Shown here piece by piece: positions 1 to 12,102 of a DNA stretch of 60,000 bases; the stretch's first letter is position 1; every line of letters starts with the position of its first letter. The notes below the pieces were generated by a model. That model was not told the DNA's origin. It saw nothing but the letters and a program-made list of their open reading frames with translations, and did no database searches. Location: positions 149,546,001 through 149,606,000 of the forward strand of contig NC_086097.1 in NCBI RefSeq assembly GCF_963921235.1, read 5' to 3'. This stretch comes from Mobula hypostoma (taxonomy: Eukaryota). The position numbers and the translations under genes were made by a program.

Positions 1-733
1 CTCGCCCGCACATCTGTCATTTCTCAAATTGTCTTCCCTCTGCCTTAACAATGATAGAGTTCTTCTTGTCCTTGCCCATCACTCAATGAGCCTCCACATC
101 CAACATATTCTCCGCAATTTCTGCCATCTCCAATGGAATCCTACCACCATCTTTACCTTCCCCCCCCCCTTCACTTTCCCCAGGGATTGCTCCCTCTGTG
201 ATTCCCTTTTCTATTCATTCCTCCACACTAATCTCCCTCCCAGCACTCATCCCTGCAAGCAGCCAAAGTGCTACACCTGCCCATTCACCTCCTCCCTCAC
301 ATCCATTTAGGGCCCCTGGTGAAGCAACACTTCACCTGTGAATCTGCTGGGGTCATCTATTGTGTCTGATGCTCCTGATATGGCTTCCTCTACATTAGTA
401 AGACCCATCATAAATTGGGGACCACTTTGTTGAACACCTCCACTCCAATCGCCAAATGTGGAACTCCCTGGATGCCAAACATTTTAATTCTGATTCCCAT
501 TCCTGGTCCTGTTCTGACTTGTCAGTCCATGATGACCTTTTGTACCATAATGATGCCATGCTCAAGGTGAAGGAGCAAAACCTTGTATTCCATTTGGGTA
601 CACTCCAACATGCTGAAATGAAGCTCGTTTTTTTTTCTTGGTTTTTAAAAAGAAAGTTTCCCTTCCTGCTGACTTCCTCCAACATTTTGTGTGTGTTGCT
701 TTGGGTTTTCAGCATCTGCAGAATTTCTTGTGT
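1..733 (+). mobile_element. Penelope-like retroelement 3' relic (decayed GIY-YIG endonuclease plus terminal repeat)
   Basis: From about 319 the sequence reads VKQHFTCESAGVIYCV*CS*YGFLYISKT (GIY-YIG motif with stops), followed by KEQNLVFHLGTLQ. It ends in the 'cattttgtgtgtgttgc...cagcatctgcaga' terminal motif repeated elsewhere in the window. Confidence 0.7.
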
Positions 734-1636
734 ACAATTACTTTGTTCAGAAACCATCCAAGTATAATTTCAGATCCTCTTCTATCAATGTCCAGCCCTT
801 TAGGAAAATGCATGTATAATTCCTACTGTGAATCAATTTTCCGTCATATTTTGCACATGATAATGTCTCCTAAAATCATGGTATGTATTTCTAGCTTGCT
901 GACAAAAATTGGGTCAAAAGGTTCTGACCGATGATCAGTGGGTTGAGCAGCACCTGTGGAGGAAAGGAGTTGTTGAGGTTTTCTGGTCGAAAGCTTGCAC
1001 CTGGGCCAATTAGAAGATTCAACATTCATGACTGTTTATCGTCATTTTCCGGTACTCAAATGTGAAGGAAAATGAAATGATTGTTACTCTGAATCCTCTG
1101 ATGCAGTATTTAAAAAAAAAAAATACTGAGCATAAAGAACGCAATAAAAATCACAATAAGCATAAATACATCAGATTCTGTTATATTCATTGACTGATTT
1201 ACATATATAAAAATTATGCTAGGTACTGGAGTATCTGTACATAAGGTGACTGACAGGATATGATAAAGTAGAAGTGGTGGGGTGGGTTAATGGGTAAAGG
1301 CATTGATCAGTCTGATGGCATGGGGAAGTAAGTGTTTTTGAGTCTGGTGGTCCTGGCATGGATGCTGTGCAATCTCTTCCCTAATGGGAGTAGGACAATA
1401 ACTGATGGTCTCTTAGGGAGATAGAAATTCAATTTAATTGTGCAAAGAATTAGATATCAGATATCACAAAGTGTATCAATATTACCAAAGAGTATGGGAC
1501 AATAATGATAAAAGACTTGATATGCAGCATGCTTTCCTTCACAACATATCAATTGTATTTACAGCTTTGACTTTTTCTATTGGGCAGGTTTTTCTTAGGC
1601 ATTTGAACTAAAATTATTGCTTCAATTGATTTTCAG

Positions 1637-1729
1637 ATTCTGACATGAACAAGAGGCTAAATTCCACCAACTCCAAAACTAAATGTTCTGGTCAAACTCC
1701 ACAAGACCAGCAGATTCCCAAACTACCAG
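1637..1729 (+). CDS. TG: Thyroglobulin exon (human exon 29 equivalent)
   Basis: tttcag|...|gtattt, 93 bp, phase 1-1. Encodes DSDMNKRLNSTNSKTKCSGQTPQDQQIPKLP, similar to human DSDMGSRPESMGCRK..., and is in frame with the next exon. Confidence 0.8.
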
Positions 1730-2009
1730 GTATTTACAACTCATTATGCAGATTGTGGATGGCATAACTGAAGTTTTTAATACTGAGATTAATCATTTCT
1801 TATCAGGTAATGGTAGATAAATGAAATGGAATATCAATTCAACAATTAGGTCTGATAAACTGAAATTATGATTTCTGTTCCTAATATGATTGTGCAACAT
1901 TCATCAAATTGACATAAATTGTCCAATCCTAGATGACCCGAGAGGCTTGCAAACACTAAATAGCATGTCAGGGTATTTCAGAGGATAGTTAAGAGTAGTC
2001 CTCCCCCAT

Positions 2010-3090
2010 GATTCTGTATTGGCTTGCCCACAGAAAGTAATGGTGGAAGGGTGTTTTTCTGGCTGGCTGGGGGGGGGGGCGCGGTGGGGTGGGATCTGTG
2101 GCCAGTGGTATTCCTCAGGGATCAGTGTTATGGCCTCTGTTCTTTGTGATATTTACACATGACTTGGATAAAAATGGACAAGTTATTCAGTTTGCAATGA
2201 CACAATAATTGATGGAGTGTGAAGAGTGGAGGGCTGAAAAAGAATAGCAGGAAATAGATCTATTACAGATATGGATATTGGAATGGCAGATTGAGTTTAA
2301 TCTGAGCAAATGTAAGGTGTTGTACTTTTGGAGATCAAATGTAAGGGAAATGTATCAAGTTTTTGGTGGGACCCTTAACAACATTGATTTACGCAATGAT
2401 CTTGGGATCCAAGTCCATATGCAAGGAGATGGGTTAGTACAGATTCACACGGCATACTTGCCTTCATTGGTCAGGGCATTGAAAGAATGAGCTGTGCTAG
2501 AAAAAACTAGTTAAGCCACATGTGGAGTACTGTGTGCAGATTTGGTCATCGACCTTACAGGAGGAATGTGGAGGCTTTGGGGAAAAAATGCAGAAGAGGT
2601 TCAGACCATAACAATAGGAGCAGAATTAGCAAAACCTTTTATAAGCACACTGCCCTGCTTATGCAGTATGAGCTCAAGGAGGGGTTTGCCAAATTTGTGT
2701 TACTTTCTCTAGAGGCTGAGGGGAAACCTGTTACTAGTTTATAAATTATGGGAGGCATAGATAAGGTAGATAGTCAGAATCATTTTGCAGAGTGAAAATG
2801 CTAAGGAGATTTAAAGTCAGAGGGAGAAAGTTTAAAGGAACTGTCTGGAGCAGTATTTTTACACAGAGAATGGTAAGTGTCTGGAACAGGCTGCCAGAAG
2901 TAGTGGTGGAGGCAGATATGATGATGGTGTTTAAGAAGCTGTTTGATTGACACATGAATATGCAGAGAACGGAGGGATTTAGATTCTATACATGCAGAAG
3001 AAATTTAGTTCAACTTGGCATCATGTTTGCCACAGATTTTCTGGGCTAAAATCTTGTTCCTACCCTGTACCGTTTTACATTCTGTGTTCA
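2010..3090 (+). mobile_element. CR1 LINE 3' fragment (decayed RT)
   Basis: ORF pieces such as WQIEFNLSKCKVLYF and the HVEYCVQ-like motif of the CR1 ORF2 C-terminus; frameshifted. Confidence 0.75.
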
Positions 3091-3659
3091 AAATTACAGA
3101 AACAGGCCCTTCAGCCAATTATGTCTAAGACCATCAGCGAGTACCCATCTGTGCTAATCCGATTTACTAGCACTTGGTTCACAGCCTTCTATGTGTTGGC
3201 AATTCATATACTAGCACAGATACTTTTAAAAAATGTTATTCAAGTGCTTTCCTCCATCACCCTGTGTGTTCCAGATTGCAACCACCCTCTAGATGACTCT
3301 TTTCCCCTCAGATTCCGCTGATCCTCTTATTTTTCACTTTAAGCCTGTGTCCTCTTGATTTTAGAAGTTTTCATTATGGGGAGGGGGGGAAATGGTTCAC
3401 TATTACACTGTCCATGTCTCTCACATGTTGTACACCTTTGTCAATTCCCTATTCAGCTTTCTCTGTGCCAAGGAAAACCAACACAGTCTACACAGCCACT
3501 ACTCGTAACTGTTTCCCAAGCAACACTCTGATAAATTTTCTCTGCCCCTCCCCAGAATAGTCACTTTCTTCCAGTGGTGGGGTGATCAAAACTGCACCTC
3601 TTACTCCAGCTATGGTCGAATCAGAGTTTTATGAAGTTTTGGAAATGCTTCTTTTCACG

Positions 3660-4590
3660 TTATATGTCAATGATTAGGATGACAAAATTGATGGCTTTGT
3701 GGCCAAGTTTGTGGATGATGCATAGATAGGTGGAGCGGAAGGTCATGATGAGGAAGCAGGGAGTCTGCAGAAGGACTTCAATGGATTAGGAGAATAGGCA
3801 AAGCGGCAGATGAAATGCTGTGCAGAAAAGTGTACGGTCGTGCACTTTGGAAGAAGAACAAAGGTGTAGATTGTTTTTTAAACAGGGAACAAATTCAGAA
3901 ATCTGAGGTGTAAAGGAGTCCCTGTACAGGATTCCTCAAAAACTAACATGATGTTTATGTCAGTGATAAGGAAGGCAAATGCAATGTGAGCATTATTTTG
4001 AGAGGACTGGAATGTAAAAGTAAGGATGTAATGCTAAGACTTCATAGGGCATTGGTCAGACTGCTCTTGGATTATTCTGAACAATTTTGGACCACTTGTC
4101 TAAGAAAAGATGTGCTGGTATTGAAGAGGGTCCAGTGGAAGTTCACAGGAATGATCCTGGGAATGAAGAGCTTTAATGTATAAGAAGTTTGGATGGTTCT
4201 GGGCCTGTACTCACTGGAGTTTAGAAGAATACTCAGGATCTCATTGAAACATATTGAAAGGCCCAGACAGTAGATGTGGAGAGGATTTTCCTGTATTGGG
4301 AGAGCTTAGGACCAAAGGGCACGGCCTCAGAATAGAAGGAAGACCCTTTAGAAGAAGGCTGAGGAGGAATTTCTTGAGCTCGAAGTTGGTGAATCTGTGA
4401 AATTCATTGCCATGGATGGCTGTGGAGGCCGAGTCATTGGGTATAATTAAAATGGAGATTGGTAGCTTGATTAGTAAGGAAGAAGACAGGAGAGTGGGAT
4501 TGAGGGATAATAAATCAGCCACAATGGAATGGCAGAGCAGACTCGATGGGCCAAATGGCCTAATTACGCTCCTATGTCTTAGTCTTATGG
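3660..4590 (+). mobile_element. CR1 LINE 3' fragment
   Basis: FVAKFVDD motif; ORF 3986-4183 RGLECKSKDVMLRLHRALVR; CR1-type 3' UTR ending in 'tcctatgtctt'. Confidence 0.8.
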
Positions 4591-7407
4591 CATTGAATTC
4601 CTTTTACCATTGCCTCATCCAACCTATCAGTGAATTAATATTGTTCTGTAACCTAGTGTTATCCTCACTATCAACAACATGGTCATTTTTTTGTCTTCTG
4701 CATTTACTAATCATACCTCCCGTGTTCATATCTAAATCATTCATGTATAAGACAAATGATAAGAGCCATGGCTTGGCACCTGTATCTTGGTACACAACTG
4801 GTCCCAGGCTTCCAGTCACGAAAACAGCACTGTACTTCCATCTCCTCTTACCAAGTCAAATATTCATTGGATTCACTTTGCCAACTTAACTTGGGTCCTT
4901 TGGACTGTGATCTTGTCCAAGGAAAATAAGGTTCCAGGGATACTTAATTTTTTACAGTTTTTTTGCATAATTCTCTGATTCATAAATTGTGCAAGTGATT
5001 TTTCTTTTAACGAGCACATCCCAACAATGGTGGACAAAACATCATTAATTTGAATTTGCTTTGACGAGGCCTTTACTTTTTCTCCTTAGTCTCCTGGTGA
5101 GGGAGCACTTGGGCTGTACTAGGTTCCTCTTTACATCTTAAATATTTGGTATAGAGAAGGTGTTTTGTATAAAGCAATTGGTTATCTGACCATCCAAGCA
5201 ATCATTGTCCTCCCATTACATTCTGGCCTGGAAATTGCTCTTTATAGGTGCACTTAGATGCATATACACTCACTGGCCACTTTATTAGGTACAGGTGGTA
5301 TCTAATAAAGTGGCCACTGGTATATATTCATGGTCTACTGAAGCTGCAGCCCATTCACTTCAAGGTTTGACATGTTATGCATTCAGGGATGCTCTTCTGC
5401 ACACCACTGTTGTGGTTATCTGAGTTACTGTCACTTTCCTGTCAGCTTCAAACAGTCTGGCCATTCTCCCCTGCCCTCTTCATTAATGAGACAGTTTTAT
5501 CCTCAGTACTGCCACTCTCTGGATTTTTTTTTGCTTTTGGCTCCATTCTCTGAAAAATGTGGAGATGGTTGTGTATGAAAATCCCAGGAGTTCACCTGCT
5601 TCTGAGATATTCAAACCTACCTGTCAGACACCATAAGACATAGCCCATTGAGTCTGCTCTGCTGATCCTATTCTTTCCCTCATCAACCCCATTCCCCAGT
5701 CTTCTCCCTGTAACCTTTGATGTCGTGTGAATTCAAGAACCTATCAATCTCTGCCTTACATACATCCAATGACCTGGCCTCCACAGCTCCTGTGGTAATA
5801 AATTCCACGAATTCACCATCCTCTGGCTGAAGAAATTTCTCTGCATCTCTGTTTTAAACAGACATCCCTCTATCCTGACACTGTGCACACTTGTCCTAGA
5901 CTCTCCCACCATGGGAAACATTCTTTCCACACATACTCTGTCTAGGCCTTTCAACAATTGAAAGGTTTCAGTGAGATCCCCCTCATCCTTCTAGATTCTA
6001 GTGAGTACAGACCCAGAGCTATGAAACATTCCTCGTATGTTAACTCTTTCATTCCTGGAATGATCCTTGTGAACCTCCTCTGAACCCTCTCTAATGCCAG
6101 CACATCTTTTCTTAGATGAGGAGCCCAGAACTGTTCACAGAACTCAAGGTGAGGCCTCACCAGTGCCTTACAAAGCCTCAACATCACATCTCTGCTCTTG
6201 TATTCCAGACCTCTTGAAATGGATGTTAACATTGCATTTGCCATCCTCACCACAGACTCTATTAGCAAGCTAACCTTTAGGGTGTTCTGCACAAGGACTC
6301 CCACGTCCCTTTGCAGCTCAGATTTTTGGATTTTTCTCCCCATTTAGAAAATTGTCTACACCTTTATTTCTTCTACCAAAGTATATGACCATGCATTTTA
6401 CAACATTGTATTTGATTTGCCACTTTCTTGCCCATTCTCCTAACCTGTTTAAGTCCTTTGCAGCCTAACTGTTTCTGCAACACTACCTGCCTCTCCACCA
6501 ATCTTCACATCCTCTGCAAAATTAGCAACAAAGCCATCTATTCCATTATCTAAGTCATTGATATACAACATAAAAAGAAGCAGTCCTAACACCTGCAGAA
6601 CACCACTAGCCACTGACAGCCAACCAGAACAGGATCCTTTTATTCCACTCACTGAGTCTTACCAATCAACCAATGCTCTCATTATATCAGTAACATTACT
6701 GTAATACCATGGGACCTTAACTTGGTAAGCAGCCTCACGTGTGGCACCTTGTCAAAGGCCTTCTGAAAGTCCAAATATACAACATCCACAGCATTCCCTT
6801 TATCTATCCTTCTTTTAATCTCAAAGAATTCCAACAGGCTCATCAGGCAAGCTTTTCCCATAAGGAAACCATGCTGACTTTGTCCTATCTTGTCCTGTGT
6901 CACCAAGTATCCATAACCTCATCCTTAACAATTGACTCCAATATTTTCCCAAACACTGAGTCAAGGCTGAGTGGTCTATAATTTCCTTCCTGCTGCCTTC
7001 CTCCTTTCTTAGAGTGGAGTGACATTTACTAGTTTTCCTGTCCTCTGGCACCATGACAGAGTCAAATGATTTATTGAAGATCATTACTAAAGCCTCCACA
7101 ATCTCTACCGCTACCTCTTTCAAAACCATAGGGTGCAGTTCATCCAGGTGACTTATGTACCCTTAAGTCTTTTAGCTTTTTGAGCATAATAGTAGCCTCA
7201 TAATAGTAGCCACACTCACTTCTCTTCTCTTGCACCCTTCAACATCTGGCACACTGCTAGTATCTTCCACAGTGAAGACTGATGCAAAATGCTCTTTTAG
7301 TTCACCTGCAATCTCCTTGATCCCATTATTATTTCTCCAGCCTCATTATATCCACTCTCATCTCTATTATTTTTTATGTACTTGAAAAAGCTTTTACTAT
7401 ACACTTT

Positions 7408-7895
7408 GAGCAACACTCATAAAAATGCTGGTGAACACAGCAGGCCAGGCAGCATCTATAGGAAGAGGTATAATCGACGTTTCGGGCCGAGACCCTTCAT
7501 CAGGACTAACTGAAAGAAGAGATAGTAAGAGATTTGAGAGAGGGAGGGGGAGATCTGAAATGATAGGAGAAGACAGGAAGGGGAGGGATGGAGCTAAGAG
7601 CTGGAAAGTTGATTAGCAAAAGGGATATGAGGGGATCATGGGATGGGAGGCGTAGTGAGAAAGAAGTGGGGGGGAGCCCAAAGAATGGGCAAGGAGTATA
7701 GTGAGAGGGACAGAGGGAGAAAAAGGAGAGAGAGAGAGAGAAAAAAAAGGGGGAAATAAATAAATAAATAAATAACCGATGGGGTACGAAGGGGAGGTAG
7801 GGCATTAATGAAAGTTAGAGAAGTCAATGTTCGTTCACCAGCATTTTTGTGTGTTGCTTGAAATTCCAGCATCTGCAGATTTCCTCGTGTTTGCC
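7408..7895 (-). mobile_element. Penelope-like terminal-repeat insertion with inverted ends, inside the CR1
   Basis: Starts caacactcataaaaatgctggtgaac, and near its end has the inverse gttcaccagcatttttgtgtgttg. Flanked by a 12-bp TSD with one mismatch (actatacacttt 7396-7407 / actacacacttt 7896-7907). Confidence 0.7.
7472..7507 (-). ncRNA. Minimal type-I hammerhead ribozyme motif (Penelope-associated)
   Basis: Reverse complement AGTC-CTGATGA-A-GGGT(CTCG)GCCC-GAAA-CG-TC-GATT: intact CUGANGA/GAAA core, stem II, palindromic ACGU stem III, GUC cleavage triplet, and stem I AGUC/GAUU. Confidence 0.7.
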
Positions 7896-9548
7896 ACTAC
7901 ACACTTTTATATTGCTTGCTAACTTGATTTCATATTTCATCTTTTCCCTCCTAATGATTCTTCAAGTTGCTCTCTGCGGGTTTTTAAAAGCTTCCCAATC
8001 CTCTGTCTTACCATTAATTTTTGTCTTGTTGTATGCCCTCTTTTGCTTTTACATTAGCTTTGATTTCCATTGTCAGTCACAGTTGTACTATTTTGCCATT
8101 TGAGTATTTCTTTGTTTTTGGAATACATCTATCCTGCACCTTCCTCATTTTTCCCAGAATCTCAGACCATTGCTGCTTTGCTGTCATCCCTGCCAGCAGC
8201 TCCTTCCAATTTACTTTAGCCAACTTCTCTCTCATAATACTGTGCTTTCCTTTACTTCACTGAAATACTGCTACATCAGACTTGACTTTCTCTCTATCAA
8301 ATTTCAAGTTGAACTCAATCATATTGTTATCACTGCCTCCTGAGAGTTCTTTTATCTTAAGCTCCCTAATCTCTTCCAGTTCATTACATAAAGCCTAGTC
8401 TATTATAGCTGGTCCCCTAGTAGGCTCAATGACAAACTGCTCTAAAACGCCATCTCATAGACATTCAATAAACTCTCTCTCTTGAGATCCATTACCAACC
8501 TGTTTTTTCCCAATTGACCTGCATGTTGAAATCTCCCATGACTATCATAACTTTTCCCTTTTGATATGCCATTTCTATTTCCTGTTGAAATCTGTGGTCC
8601 ACATTCCAGCTTGTGCTGGGAGGCCTGTATATATCTTCCATTTTAGCCTTGCAGTTGTTTAACTCAACCAACAAGGATTCAACACCTTCTGATTCAATGT
8701 CACATCTTTCTACTGATTTGATGCCATTTTTAACCAGCAGAGCCACACCATCCCCTCTGCCTACCTTCCTATCCCACTGATACAATGTGTAACCTTGGAT
8801 ATTCAGTTCCCAACTACAACCATCATTTAGCCACGATTCAATGGCTGTGACATCAACAATCATTCCCCAGTCAGTCACTTAGATCAGATTTCTTCCCCAA
8901 TCTAATGTTTGGTCTGAACAACAACCAACCTCTTGACCCTGTCTGCATGCTTTTGTATATTGAATTGCTGTCACATGATTGGCTGATTAGATATTAGCAT
9001 TAACAAGCAGGTGTACTGGTGTATTTTAAAAAAAATTGGCCACTGAGTATAATGGGATATCATAATGATACATGGATTCATAGAATTTGATCCAACATCC
9101 CAATTTTAAGTGTTGTCATATCCACATTTGTCTCTTCTGTGACATGCACCAGCCAATGGATTTTTTTTTGCTTATTAACATTATTTATATCCCTTACAAA
9201 TGTGTGAACTTTGAATCTTGTGACTGCAAATGTTTGATATTAAAGGTTTAGGAAAGGAATTAATCTTTTTCTTTTGAATCAATTAATATCTCCACTGGAA
9301 TAGTAAATAAATAAACCCCAGCATTTATGAGATTGTGAGGAAGCATAGAAATGGGCTCCAGAGAGATTTTAGAGACCCCGAAAATATAGTTGTCCTTAGA
9401 TCTAGTTCTGGCTTTGAATTTGTTTTATTTACAGTAATGAATCTGTTTATGATTATGAAAAAGATGGGTCATTCCTAATTTATGAGTGCTTTTGTTAATC
9501 GGTTTATGGGCCAGTGCAGATTTCAAACTTGTGTTCTGTGTTGATTAG

Positions 9549-9686
9549 AAACCACCAAAGAATTTTTCTCACGGGTGGACTCAAAGCTTGTCCAAGTAGA
9601 TCAGAAGAAGTCTGTGCCAAACCAACATTTCCAGCTTTTCAAGCATCAGTTTCCAACTGCACAGGCTGAGCTGTGGTGCCTAGAGC
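9549..9686 (+). CDS. TG: Thyroglobulin exon (exon 30 equivalent)
   Basis: attag|...|gtaagt, 138 bp, phase 1-1. Encodes ETTKEFFSRVDSKLVQVDQKKSVPNQHFQLFKHQFPTAQAELWCLE, similar to human ...WLFKHLFSAQQANLWCLS. Confidence 0.93.
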
Positions 9687-10301
9687 GTAAGTAACCCTGT
9701 TTAATTAATTCCATTGTCTCTGTGTCTTTATTCAAAGCTGAAACATTGTTGTAAAACTGGCAATGATAAAGGAAGAACTTTAAAAATACTTCCATTTATA
9801 TAACATTTTTTCCCATAATTTTCTGTTATCCTGAAGCATTTTTTATAGCAGTGAAGTTTCTTTGAAGTACAATCACTATTTTCACTTGATCAATAAACAA
9901 CCAGTTTGAATACAGGCAAGATCACATGAATAATGCTGAAACAACGTCCAGATAATTAGGGGCAACATACAAAGTGCTCAAGGAACTCAACAGGTCAGCC
10001 AGCATCGATGTAGAGAAATAAAACAGTATCTCTTGTGTACACTAATAATTAGATTTGTTTCCTTGATATTGGTTTGGGAATAACTATTGTCCAGAACACA
10101 AGGAAAACTACTCAGTTCTAGGACTCAAAGGTCAATGTGCTCCACAATTGAAAGTGACACTAGATGGAGTAATGTAACATGACTCAAGGTTGCTCTTCCT
10201 TGAGCTAGGTTGTGAGGTGCTCTTTTGAGTGTCTAAGGTGGTGGAATTCGGTAAACGAGTTAGTTTATTTATGACAGAGCTGCCGCCTTTTTGTTTTCCA
10301 G

Positions 10302-10481
10302 GCTGCACAGAAGAGAACTTCTGCAAAGTGATTTCCTTTCAGGACAGTGGTGCCTTGCATTATGAGTGTACACTTTACCCAGATACACAGCTTTGCCAAC
10401 CCAGTTCTGATCCTGAATCATCTGCAGTGAACTGTAGCCTTGCCCTGCCTGAGGAACCACAAGCATTATATAGAAAGAAAG
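10302..10481 (+). CDS. TG: Thyroglobulin exon (exon 31 equivalent, type-3 repeat)
   Basis: ttccag|...|gtgagt, 180 bp. Encodes RCTEENFCKVISFQDSGALHYECTLYPDTQLCQPSSDPESSAVNCSLALPEEPQALYRKK. Confidence 0.95.
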
Positions 10482-12088
10482 GTGAGTAGTTCAGTTCTAG
10501 GCAAAGATGACAGCACTTTTACAGAGAAAGTCCTAGAAATGATCATTAAAAGGGTAGTCCAGACATAGACATGTGACAGCTTATGTTGTTAGAGTAAGGG
10601 AAAATATCTACAAAACTGTGTTGTCTACTTAAGACAAAGGGCAGAAACTATTGTCAGCATCCATGACTAGATAGTTAAAGAAAAATGAAATGAAGAGATA
10701 CTCAAGCTGATAGGATTTAGAAAACTGGTTGCCTGAAGATAAATATCAACACAGTCTCATTGACCCAAAAGACCTGTTTACAGGTTGAAATTGTATGGAA
10801 TCAGTTTATAATTCTATGTTATTGTTTGTAATTATATGTAATTCTGTTTAATTTCTGCTTAATTCCATTTATGCTAACTTGGCTGCGCTCATCTCAGCTG
10901 GCTGGTGCAGTGCAATTGTTAATCTGTCCTTGGGCTAAGAAGATGTGGGACAGCCAATTAAATTAGTGAAAGTTCTCTCACTTAGCTATTTTCCAGTGAC
11001 TCTTGCTGGATGATACTGTGTCTGAATATGACATGACAGAGTAAAAGCTACGCTGTGCTTCCATAACCCGGACTGCAATTAGAAAAGATATAGCAGGTAT
11101 ATTGTGATATAGCCACGTACTTCCATCTCTCCTCTTCCCTGAAATTTCGACTTCACCAGTCTCTGAGTTGGGGCTTGTCGAGTCAGGGTCAAGATGCTGT
11201 TTCAGATTAAAATACTTCCAGTAATTCCCAGCTGCACTGCGGTAAAAATCACAAACAGTACTGCAGGAATACTCTATCACTCATGTCACTGGAAAGATTC
11301 GCCGACAATCACTGGTAGCTGAGTACACTTCAGCCCAGAGACATTGATCATTTGCCCAAAAGGAAATGTATTGAACAAGAGCTTAGGTGTATGTTTATTT
11401 TTATTTGAGAAATGCCCTTCCTTTGGACTTTCACAATGCTTTGTCAATTTTGACTATTGCTGCTGAATAATTCTCATTTCAAATTCTCTTTCCTCAGTAT
11501 AAACAGCTGTACACAGATACTTTGCATGTGATAGATGTGATCCATTTCTTCTATGGGAAAACGTGCTAAATTCTTATAACTTATTGTCAGAAGAGTTTCT
11601 GTCGCCTTTTCCACTTATGTTTCTCACTACGTGGGGAAAAGAAATACCTGCTAATTTGTATTTTGATTAATTTTGTTCTAATGGCCTTTTGCGTCCCATT
11701 CTCTATTGAGAATAATGTCATCAACAGCTCTGTTGAAGCTGTCTTTTTATTTCAGAGGAAAGAATACTATTTTTTTTAAAAGCTATTAATTAAAAACAGT
11801 TTAAAGGACTAAACCATCAAAAAGATATAAAAGTCAAGTTGATTTTCCTTTTGGAATGAAGTAATAGCTCATTGGTGCTTTACAAAATGTTAATAGTCAA
11901 ATCAAATAAAGAACATATAAATTAATTAGTCATGTTCTTGCTGAAGAAGGTTGAAAAAGGTTCATTGTTTTCTGGGTCTAATTAAATAATATGATGTAAA
12001 CATACTGTACAGCTATGAAGCAGTAGAACTGATGGATATGAACTGCACCCGGAGTAGAGGAGTGTACAGGATAAGGAGGTGTTCGGAG

Positions 12089-12102
12089 GTTGCTATGGAA
12101 AC
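12089..12102. promoter_or_regulatory. RFX X-box-like motif GTTGCTATGGAAAC
   Basis: Near-perfect match to the RFX consensus GTTGCCATGG(C/A)AAC, in intron sequence with no recognisable repeat; function not shown. Confidence 0.3.

Larger units (their letters stand above)
5634..8848 (-). mobile_element. CR1 LINE ORF2 relic (endonuclease plus RT), 5'-truncated
   Basis: Minus-strand ORFs 8492-8878 (APE: VTAIESWL...MGDFN), 6682-6906 (VDVVYLDFQKAFDKVPH), 6449-6652 and 5951-6343 (RT C-terminus); frameshifted. Confidence 0.9.
5267..9049. mobile_element. Non-autonomous Tc1/mariner element, split by a CR1 insertion (halves about 5267-5633 and 8849-9049)
   Basis: TA|cactcactggccactttatt at the left end and ttggccactgagta|TA at the right end form degenerate TIRs with TA target sites. 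The two halves join across the CR1 at gacacca/gacatca. Confidence 0.7.

Noticed and set aside
10978..11280. 100-aa minus-strand ORF
   Set aside because: No recognisable domain, a non-ATG start and no coherent exon chain.
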